From Candidatus Lindowbacteria bacterium RIFCSPLOWO2_12_FULL_62_27 (GTDB lineage: Bacteria > Lindowbacteria > 2-12-FULL-62-27): a stretch of DNA of 64,000 nt. A model generated the notes under the pieces. That model worked only from the letters and a program-made list of their open reading frames with translations, did not search any database and was not told the DNA's origin. The position numbers and the translations under genes were made by a program. The stretch lies in NCBI GenBank assembly GCA_001784175.1, contig MFPR01000003.1, forward strand, positions 1 through 64,000, given 5' to 3'. Below are positions 50,641-58,837 of the stretch, piece by piece; position 1 is the first letter of the stretch, and every line of letters begins with the position of its first letter.

Positions 50641-51880
50641 ATGCGTCTTTTGTCATTTTTCATCATCTTTGCACTATGGCCCGCGGTAACATCCGCGCAG
50701 GAGCCGCTTGCATTATCCGATCTCATCCGGCTCGCGATCGATCAAAACGAACAGATCGCGGCGTTCAAAGCCCGCGCGGAACAAAAACGCCTGGAGGCCG
50801 GGCAGGCCAAAACCATGCCCAACCCCGAGGTCGAATTCAGAACCGGCCGCCGGGAAGTTAATCCCAGAAGCGGCCCCCTGCGTGAAATCTCCGTTGCCCA
50901 GCCGATCCTCTATCCCGGCAAGCAGGCGCTTCGTGCGGCCGTGTTGGAGACCGAGGCCGAAGAGGAGTGCGTGAGGCAACACCAGACCGAACATGCCGTC
51001 GCCCTTGAGACCGTTCGCGCCTCCTATGAATATGGTCTGGCCCGGCGCAAGGCGGACGCCGTCGTCGAAAAACTCCGGCATTTTGAGTCTGTGCGCGCCT
51101 TCCTTTCCGGGCGCGTGTTCGCTTCGCCTCAAAAAAAAGCCGAGGCGCAAATCGTCGAAAGCCGCTTGCACAATCACACGTCCGTCAGCTTCAGCGCCAC
51201 GGCGGAGGCGCGGGCGGCATTCGAGAAACTCAATTTTCTGGTCCAGCTCCCGGGCGACACGAATCCAACCGTTCGTCTCATCTGGTTCACCGGCCGAACG
51301 CCTCTGGACGAACAAGGTCTTCTGGCGCAGGCACGGTTGAAAAATCCTTCACTGCTCACGCAAGAGCTGGAAGTTACCGGAGCGCGAACGGAGGCCGACA
51401 TGGCCGCCGTCGAGATCATGCCCGATTTTTCCGTCTCGGCGTTCGCCCAGCGGGGACGCGCGGTTGAAACCGAACGAAATCGGGGCGTCGGCGTGGGCCT
51501 GTCGATTCCGATTTTCAATCTCAACAAAAAAGGCGTTGCCGCGGCCAAAGCGCGGGTGAAGGCGGAGGAAGCGGCGCTGTCACACGCCCGGCGGCGGCTG
51601 GAAAGCGAACTGCGGCGGCGGTTCGCGGAATTTGAAAACGCCCGGCAGTTGGCCGCCCGTTATCCGGAATCGCGGCTCGACGACATGCACAAGGATTTTG
51701 AGAAGGTCGAGGAGGAATTTCGAAAGGGCCGCGTGGACCTGCTGATTTTTTTGGAGGTCGAAGAGGAAATTGCTTCTACAGTTGACTCTTGCCGCCCAGA
51801 TGTCCATGGCCACCGCCGCCATTGAGATTTTCGCCCTGTCCGGCGAAACGGAATTTCTACCCCGGTTGGAGTCGTTTTAA
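50641..51880 (+). CDS. TolC/CzcC-family outer-membrane factor, frameshifted near the 3' end (ORF stops at 51825)
   Basis: PNPE, GLSIPIFNLN, FRKGRVDLL; the terminal helix AAQMSMATAAIEIFALSG is in the +1 frame, ending at 51880. Confidence 0.8.
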
Positions 51881-51889
51881 CAGCGCGCC

Positions 51890-54800
51890 ATGCTGAACGC
51901 CATCGTCCAAAAAGTCCTGAAGCGGCCGTATACGACCATTCTATTTTTCGTGGCCTTCGCCGCCGCCAGTGTCTTTCTCATTCCGCTCATTCCCATTGAC
52001 GCCACGCCCGACATTACGAACGTCCAGGTCCTCGTCAATACGCTTACCGGCGGCCTCGACCCGGAACAGATCGAAAAAAGCGTCACCACGCCCATCGAGT
52101 CTGAAATGGGCGGCATCGCCGGCGTGAAGGAAGTCCGGTCGCTCTCCAAAAACGGCCTCTCGCAAGTGGTGGTCGTCTTCGAGGACGGAGCCGACATCTA
52201 CTGGGCGCGCCAGCAGGTTTCCGAACGGCTCCAGGCCATCCGCGAAAATCTGCCGGACGGCCTTTCACCGGAACTTGCGCCCATCTCGACGGGCTTGGGC
52301 GAAGTGCTCATGTACGTCGTCCTGGCCAAACCTGAAACGCCGCTCGCGCAAAAAAACGAGATCGACCGGCTTCTCTATCTTCGCACGATTCAGGATTTCG
52401 TCATCCGCCGCTACATCAAGGCGAACTGCGCCGATATCGCCGAGGTGGACGCCACCGGCGGATTCAAAAAAGAAATTCACGTCAACGTCGATCCGGCCCG
52501 GCTCGAGGATCAAGGGCTTGGGATCGAAGACATCGTCCGGAAACTGGAGACGGTGGGCGAAAGTTTCGGCGGCGGATACATTCAGCATGAGGGGAGGCAG
52601 GTCATCGTCCGCACCGCGGGATCCCCCAATCTGGACCGGATTCGCCGGATCGCCGTCAAGCTCGATGTGCGCGGCCGCCCGGTTTTTTTGAGCGAGGTCG
52701 CCGACGTGTGGGAAGGATTCGTTCAGCGCCAGGGCGCGGCGACGTACGCCGGCGAGGAAACGGTGCTGGGCATCGTTCTCATGCGAAGCGGCGCCAATTC
52801 CCGAAGGGTTTCAATCGACGCCGAACGGGCGCTGGCGGAAATTCCCCTGCCCGGCGATGTCGAAGTCAAGATCCTCTATTCGAGGCGGTATCTGGTGGAC
52901 GCGACCATCCACACCGTCGCCAAGAATCTGGCCGAGGGCGCGGTTCTGGTCGTCCTCGTGCTCCTCCTCATCCTCGGCAATTTCCGGGCCGCCCTGATCG
53001 TGTCCCTGGCGATTCCGCTCTCGATGCTCTTCGCCGCCGCGGGCATGAAATATTTCGGGATTTCGGCCAACCTCATGAGTCTCGGCGCCATCGATTTCGG
53101 GCTCCTCGTGGACGCGTCGGTCGTCCTCATCGAAAACATTTTAAGGCGCATGTCCCAAAAATCCGGCGACCGCCTGAATCTCGTTCTCGATTCGGTGAAA
53201 GAGGTGTTGTTGCCTGTGACGATCGGACTTCTTCTCATCATGGCCGTCTACGTCCCGATTTTGGCGCTGGAGGGCATCGAGGGGAAACTTTTCAAGCCGA
53301 TGGCGCTGACGGTGCTCATGGCGCTGGCGTCGTCCTTGGCCGTCGCGGTCGCGCTCATGCCGGTTTTGGCGTATCTGGTGTTGCGACCGCCGGCGCGCGA
53401 ACATAAGGAAACGGCGTTGTTCAACCTTGCGCAAAAAATGTACCGGCCCCTCCTCAATTTTGCGTTGAACCACCGGGCGGTTCTGTTCATCGGCGTTGCG
53501 ATTCTCGCCGGAGCGTCCCTTTTTGTCTTCAGCCGAATGGGCGCCGACTTTATGCCGCCGCTTGACGAAGGCGATCTGGTCGTGAATCTGACGCGGGACA
53601 GCGGCATCGCGCTCGACGAATCGGTGAGGATCCAGAAAATGTCGGATCGCATCATCGCCGGGTTCCCCGAGGTCGAACACGTCTTTTCCCGCACCGGAAC
53701 TCCGGAGTCGGCCACCGACCCCATGGGCGTGCATTTGTCCGACGTGTTCGTCATTCTGAATAAGACAGGCAAGGGGCGAACAAAGGAGGAACTGTTCGAA
53801 GCAATCCGAGAGGCGATCGAGCGGGAGGCGCCCGGGCAGGAGGTGATGGCGAATCAGCCCATCGAGATGCGTTTTTCCGAAATCCTCGAAGGCACCCGCG
53901 CCGACGTGTCGCTTCGCATCTACGGGCCTGAACTCGAAACGCTCATGGAGCTCCTGGAAACGTCCAAGGCAACCCTCGAAACGATCCGGGGCGCGTCGGA
54001 AGTGGAACTCGACGGCCTCACGGCGCTTCGAAAAAGTTCCGTCTTGAGCGTCCGGCCCGACGACGAAAAATTGGCGCGTTACGGCGTCGATCTTGGCCGG
54101 GTCAACTGGCTTCTCGAAACCGCCATGGCCGGCCGCCCGGTCGGCAGTTACTACGAAAACCAGTGGCGGTTTCCGATCGTCGTCCGGCTGGATGACCGCT
54201 ATCGTAAAAACCCGGGTGAAATCGCGCGCCTGCCCGTGGGTCTGCCCGATGGCGGCTCCGTGCCTCTCTCGGCGCTGGCCGATATTGACCGGCAAGATCA
54301 CGTGACGACCATCGCGCACGATCAAGGCGAGCGATACGCCGCCGTCGCCATCAATCTATCGACCGACCGCGACATCCAGAGTTTTGTGGCCGATGCGAAA
54401 GAGACCCTGGCGTCGAATCTCGCCCTGCCGGCGGGCTACCGGCTGTCGTGGGGCGGACAGTTCAAAAATCTGGAGCGGGCGTCGGCGCGTCTCCGGGTGA
54501 TTGTCCCGCTGATATTGCTGGTGATTTTTCTCGCGCTCGTCAGCCAGTTCGGCCGCGTCCGTCAGGCGCTGATCGTCTATTTGAGCATCCCGTTCGCGAT
54601 GACGGGCGGCGTGTTCTCTCTATATTTAAGAGACATCCCCTTCAGCATCTCGGCCGCCGTCGGATTCATCGCCCTCACCGGCATCGCGATTCTGAACGCG
54701 ATGGTCCTCGTCACGTTTTTCAATCAGCTCCGACAATCCGGCATGCCTCTGGATCAAGCGGTAACCGAAGGCGCCGAAACGCGCCTGCGCCCCGTGCTGA

Positions 54801-55009
54801 TGACCGCGCTGGTCGCCAGCCTGGGGTTTCTCCCGATGGCCCTCAACACCGGCATCGGCGCCGAAGTTCAGCGGCCGCTCGCGACGGTCGTCATCGGCGG
54901 CATCCTCTCTTCGACCCTTCTTACCCTCCTGGTTGTTCCGATGCTCTACGCCTGGATCGAGCCGATGAGGTTGCCGTCGATTTCGGGGAGGTTGAAACGA
55001 GCGGGGTGA
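51890..55009 (+). CDS. CusA/CzcA heavy-metal RND transporter
   Basis: IDATPDITNVQV, NLMSLGAIDFGLLVD, FMPPLDEGD, GAEVQRPLATVVIGG. Confidence 0.95.
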   Translation: MLNAIVQKVLKRPYTTILFFVAFAAASVFLIPLIPIDATPDITNVQVLVNTLTGGLDPEQIEKSVTTPIESEMGGIAGVKEVRSLSKNGLSQVVVVFEDGADIYWARQQVSERLQAIRENLPDGLSPELAPISTGLGEVLMYVVLAKPETPLAQKNEIDRLLYLRTIQDFVIRRYIKANCADIAEVDATGGFKKEIHVNVDPARLEDQGLGIEDIVRKLETVGESFGGGYIQHEGRQVIVRTAGSPNLDRIRRIAVKLDVRGRPVFLSEVADVWEGFVQRQGAATYAGEETVLGIVLMRSGANSRRVSIDAERALAEIPLPGDVEVKILYSRRYLVDATIHTVAKNLAEGAVLVVLVLLLILGNFRAALIVSLAIPLSMLFAAAGMKYFGISANLMSLGAIDFGLLVDASVVLIENILRRMSQKSGDRLNLVLDSVKEVLLPVTIGLLLIMAVYVPILALEGIEGKLFKPMALTVLMALASSLAVAVALMPVLAYLVLRPPAREHKETALFNLAQKMYRPLLNFALNHRAVLFIGVAILAGASLFVFSRMGADFMPPLDEGDLVVNLTRDSGIALDESVRIQKMSDRIIAGFPEVEHVFSRTGTPESATDPMGVHLSDVFVILNKTGKGRTKEELFEAIREAIEREAPGQEVMANQPIEMRFSEILEGTRADVSLRIYGPELETLMELLETSKATLETIRGASEVELDGLTALRKSSVLSVRPDDEKLARYGVDLGRVNWLLETAMAGRPVGSYYENQWRFPIVVRLDDRYRKNPGEIARLPVGLPDGGSVPLSALADIDRQDHVTTIAHDQGERYAAVAINLSTDRDIQSFVADAKETLASNLALPAGYRLSWGGQFKNLERASARLRVIVPLILLVIFLALVSQFGRVRQALIVYLSIPFAMTGGVFSLYLRDIPFSISAAVGFIALTGIAILNAMVLVTFFNQLRQSGMPLDQAVTEGAETRLRPVLMTALVASLGFLPMALNTGIGAEVQRPLATVVIGGILSSTLLTLLVVPMLYAWIEPMRLPSISGRLKRAG

Positions 55010-55277
55010 ATACCGACCCGCCTCGGACCATATCCCGGATGGTTGTGTGATTTTTGTAGTGCGATGGCCAAGCTGGAAAGCAATTCCCTGTGCGTTTATC
55101 GATTGTCGCAGACTCCGCATGTCGAAGAAGCCCGGCATAGAATCCGGACTTTGCCCATCGTGGATACCTGAGTTGTAAATATTACTTCCGCGCTCTAAAT
55201 GCCCGGCGCCGATTCGATCGGCCAAATCCGCGACGAATGTGTAAATGTGTCAACCTGACACTATGACTCAATTTCCT

Positions 55278-56153
55278 CTATGGAAGTAAAGACCGGGCGA
55301 GGGGTTTGAGTTGGTGTCTCCTGGCGTCGGCAATCAGACGCCTCTCGCCGTCGGAGAGATCGAGAAGGAATCGATACCGGTTCTCGCAAACGGAGATCAG
55401 TTTCTCCGGGCTTATTTTTTCGCTTCTGCGGACAAGTTGCCGGAGATCGTCCCAATCGTATTTTGCCGAACGCAGGCGCTTGATAAAACGACCGGAGTCG
55501 AATGGATCCCTGACGTTCCAGCATTTGACCACCGTAAGCGCCCTGATGAGCGACGCCTTGAGAGGTTTCTCGGCCGCTTTGGCCAGGTCGTAGAGATCCC
55601 GGGAGCGGACCCGTTGTGAGGAGGCGCGAATCTTCTCGGCCAACAGTTCCTCGAACCGGAGTGCCGGAACGGAGAATGGCTTGAATTCGAGATGCTTGAA
55701 ATAGGATTGAGGTTTCAGAGGCATTTCCACCGGCGCGAGAGAGGGTGATTCCCGGAGACTGACCTCCAGTTTGAATTTGCCCGAGTTCCAATCGTGCCCG
55801 TACTGGATGTTCGCCCCGCACGACTTCTTATCGTCCGTCACATAGAAATCCTTGGAGTCCACATCAAAGGAGATGCCGCAGGCCGGTTTCCCCAAAGTCC
55901 CAAGCATCGCAATGATGACATCATCCGCCTTCTGACTGCTGGTGTTGGTAAAGTCCAAGTCGATGGAAAAGCGGGTCTCTTTGCCATAGACGCATTTGCG
56001 GAGGCACGTACCGCCCTTGAAGGCCAACGTGTCGAGGATTCCCGCATCGTGGAATATCTTGAGGACATAGGTCAGGACGATCTCACGCTCGGCCACCTCT
56101 ATCCCAACGTGTGCGCCCTGGGCGAAGAGGTCGGCGTATCGTTGTTCAATCAT
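55278..56153 (-). CDS. AbiEii-family nucleotidyltransferase toxin (type IV TA)
   Basis: FKGGT, RFSIDLDF, AEKIRA, RDLYD. Confidence 0.92.
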   Translation of the reverse strand: MIEQRYADLFAQGAHVGIEVAEREIVLTYVLKIFHDAGILDTLAFKGGTCLRKCVYGKETRFSIDLDFTNTSSQKADDVIIAMLGTLGKPACGISFDVDSKDFYVTDDKKSCGANIQYGHDWNSGKFKLEVSLRESPSLAPVEMPLKPQSYFKHLEFKPFSVPALRFEELLAEKIRASSQRVRSRDLYDLAKAAEKPLKASLIRALTVVKCWNVRDPFDSGRFIKRLRSAKYDWDDLRQLVRRSEKISPEKLISVCENRYRFLLDLSDGERRLIADARRHQLKPLARSLLP

Positions 56154-56971
56154 CCGATTCGCACCTCACCCAGTAGATCCTCCTTCGGCACATTTAGAAT
56201 GAGGTTCCACCGCGCATCCAGTTTCCCCTTCGTACCCCATCTTCGAGGAGACCCAAGCAGCGCCGGATTTTTTTTCACCTGGCCGGCGAGATAGGATTTC
56301 AGTCTGGCTGGCAGAGCAATACGCAACAGTTCGCACAGGTAAGCGAAACGACGGGCCAGAGCGCTGTCATCGAATCGTTGAAGATAGTCCAGTACCTTGG
56401 TCACGTCCATCTTCCGACCCGCATGGAATAACGCCTGCGCTCCGGCCTCAATGCCTCCGACAAGATCGGGACGGTCGAGTGCGTCCAAGATCGACCGTTC
56501 CACGTCCGATACGTTGATCTTCTCACCCATGATCATGGCTTCCTTGTAGCCGAAGAATCGTTTGGCCGACAGCTCGACAAACTGGAATCGGACATTCTTG
56601 AGATCCATCGGCCGCTTGGGACGCCGCACCGCGATATGAATGACGCGTGGAATTTGCGTCAACAACCCATGATGGGCGCACGCGAACCGGTAGGCAAAGA
56701 AGTGGGATTTTGGGAGCAGGCGCGCCATCAAGTAGGGATTCATTTCCGGCACACCCTTCGGTCCCCTTGCGACCCCCACCAGGAGATAGTGGCCTTTTGT
56801 CAGCATTTCCAACCAGCCCTTTTTTCTGAGAACGTGCGCCATTTTGCGGGCATAGCCATTGGAGCAGCGCATGCGTTTCATAATATCGCCGATTGAGATC
56901 AGGCGCTGCTTTTCCCATTCCCATGCCAAGACAATATCGGCTTCCCGTTTGGAGAGGCTTCTTTGAGTCAT
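56150..56971 (-). CDS. AbiEi-family antitoxin/transcriptional regulator
   Basis: wHTH (KKGWL..KGHY), HGLLTQIP, ERSILDALDRPDLVGG; ATGA overlap with the toxin. Confidence 0.9.
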   Translation of the reverse strand: MTQRSLSKREADIVLAWEWEKQRLISIGDIMKRMRCSNGYARKMAHVLRKKGWLEMLTKGHYLLVGVARGPKGVPEMNPYLMARLLPKSHFFAYRFACAHHGLLTQIPRVIHIAVRRPKRPMDLKNVRFQFVELSAKRFFGYKEAMIMGEKINVSDVERSILDALDRPDLVGGIEAGAQALFHAGRKMDVTKVLDYLQRFDDSALARRFAYLCELLRIALPARLKSYLAGQVKKNPALLGSPRRWGTKGKLDARWNLILNVPKEDLLGEVRIG

Positions 56972-56987
56972 ATTATCTGTCCTTTTG

Positions 56988-57036
56988 AATGTTACTGAAT
57001 TTGTAACATTGTCGTGTATAAATATCGTCATGTCAA
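56988..57036 (-). promoter_or_regulatory. abiE promoter with a palindromic operator
   Basis: TTGACA-17-GACAAT on the minus strand; AATGTTAC-N7-GTAACATT at 56988-57010. Confidence 0.65.
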
Positions 57037-57114
57037 GTTCGAAAGCACCCAAAAAAGGGAAAAGGGGTCATTTTTCCTTATTCCTTTTTCTCCTTTTCTT
57101 CTTTCTTCTCAACG

Positions 57115-57334
57115 CGATTCGGGGCGCGTCGGAAGTGGAACTCGACGGCCTCACGGCGCTTCGAAAGAGTTCCGTCTTGAGCGTCCGGCTGGATGACCGC
57201 TATCGTAAAAACCCGGCTGAAATCGCGCGCCTGCCGGTGGGTCTGCCCGATGGCGGCTCCGTGCCTCTCTCGGCACTGGCCGATATTGAGCATCCCGTTC
57301 GCAATGACGGGCGGCGTGTTCTCTCTATATTTAA
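57115..57334 (+). repeat. Mosaic copy of three segments of the CusA gene
   Basis: 57115-57189 = 53982-54056; 57182-57289 = 54181-54288; 57286-57334 = 54581-54629. Confidence 0.95.
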
Positions 57335-58364
57335 CTTTGTGCTACCTATCGCCGCCCCAGCGGGAACTTATCGAATCAGAGTCGCTCTTCGTAGCCCTTT
57401 TTCCAAAAAACCGTTCTATAGACACAAGAATGGTGAGCCGATGGACATCTTCAAGGTGTCCGGTCGGAAGTTCGAGCCGGTTATTGTGGACGCGGGGACG
57501 ATGAAGATGACGGGTCGGAGGTTCGAGCCGGTTATTGTGGACGCGGGGACGATAAAAATGACGGGGCAGGCAGGATTCGAGCCCATAACCGTGCGGACAG
57601 ATGAGATCAAGGTGACCGGGGTGAAGTTCGACCCAGTCACCGTCCGTACGGATGAGTTGAGCATGACCGGTCGTAGATTCGATCCTGTAACGCTCCGTAC
57701 GGACGAGCTGACCATGACAGGCCGGCGCTTCGATCCCGTGAGTTTCCGTGCGTCCGAGGAAATGACGATGACAGGCCGGCGCTTCGATCCCATGAGTTTC
57801 CGTGCGTCCGAGGAAATGATGATGACCGGGCAGAGGACCGACCAGACAACGCCAGCAGCGTCAAAAACGGGCAATACGGATTTTTCGAAATCGACCGTGG
57901 AGAAAGAGAAATCGGTTCCCGAATTCAAACGCCCATCGGGTCTTCCGGCAAAAACAGGACTGGACCCGGCGGAGTTTTCCTTTAGAACCAGTGGGAATGT
58001 CAAAGCATCATTCAACGGCCAGACTCTCCACGTTCATGCTCCCGGTCTCGACGCGGGATGGAAGCTCAATTTTAATTTACCGCCCGAAGAGAAGGCGGCC
58101 TTTACGGTCAGCGTCGGGCAACCCTTCAAATTCAAATTGAATCTCGCGGAATCCCCGCTAAATATCGTAGCATCCGGATCGGTGATGCTTGTGGCCCCGG
58201 GCACGGCGAAGGTGGAGTTCTCTTCCCTGATGGTGGCGTTCGATGGAGAGGAGAGTATGGATGTGGTGGAGCTTCCGGTGGCGGTCACGGCCGTCGGATC
58301 TGCGCAGGTGCCAGTGGGGACGTTGAAGATTTCTGTGTCGCCGGGTGAGGAGGTCGAGGAGTGA
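57335..58364 (+). pseudogene. 5'-truncated secreted-type protein with seven 17-18 aa tandem repeats
   Basis: Begins mid-domain (GTYRIRVALRSPFSKKPFYRH, paralogous to 59185-59280); repeats GRRFDPV...MT at 57462-57827. Confidence 0.65.
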
Positions 58365-58396
58365 GTTCCATGGTCTTTGGCGCCGATCAGTCGACC

Positions 58397-58591
58397 TTAC
58401 GCCTTCCAAGGATGAGGAATCCCAAGGTCTCTGCAGATTTTCTGGACCATTCGATTGGACAATTCCCGGTGTCGGGGAATGCTCGAGGTTCTAAGTGTTT
58501 GCGGATGGTAATAAATCGTGTGGCGGGTACCTTCCCGGAAGAGGCGGCACCCGCGAGTTTCCAGATGCCGGATCGCCTCGCCTCTTTTCAT
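58397..58591 (-). CDS. hicA: HicA-family toxin
   Basis: REGTRHTIY, IPRHREL, KICRDL. Confidence 0.9.
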   Translation of the reverse strand: MKRGEAIRHLETRGCRLFREGTRHTIYYHPQTLRTSSIPRHRELSNRMVQKICRDLGIPHPWKA

Positions 58592-58812
58592 GCCGCGCGA
58601 ATTTCGAGGGCTTCCCGGATCACCTCTCTATCTCGGACGAAGCGCCGGGCCAGTTCACGGTTGGCCTCCATGACCAACTTGACGGCTTCTTTCAAATTCC
58701 GCCGGGCTTCTGGAAGCGTCCGGCCCTGGGTGTTGGCGCCCGGCAGTTCCTCGACAAATCCGATCCACCATTTACCGTCTTTTTCAAAAACCGCAGTGAA
58801 TTTACGTTTCAT
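58588..58812 (-). CDS. hicB: HicB-family antitoxin (short)
   Basis: FTAVFEKDGKWWIGFVEELPGANTQG; promoter TTGACT-17-TAATCT-6-ATG. Confidence 0.9.
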   Translation of the reverse strand: MKRKFTAVFEKDGKWWIGFVEELPGANTQGRTLPEARRNLKEAVKLVMEANRELARRFVRDREVIREALEIRAA

Positions 58813-58837
58813 ATGCAGAGATTACCGCCGGCGGGTG

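Noticed and set aside
55010-55277. Possible gene remnant between cusA and abiEii
   Set aside because: No frame gave a recognisable protein.
56985-57334. The N-terminus of the 459-aa ORF as a genuine signal peptide
   Set aside because: It is made of the abiE promoter, a pyrimidine tract and cusA debris.
57462-57827. Periodic DNA repeats as a CRISPR array
   Set aside because: The units are in-frame coding repeats with no unique spacers, and the window has no cas genes.
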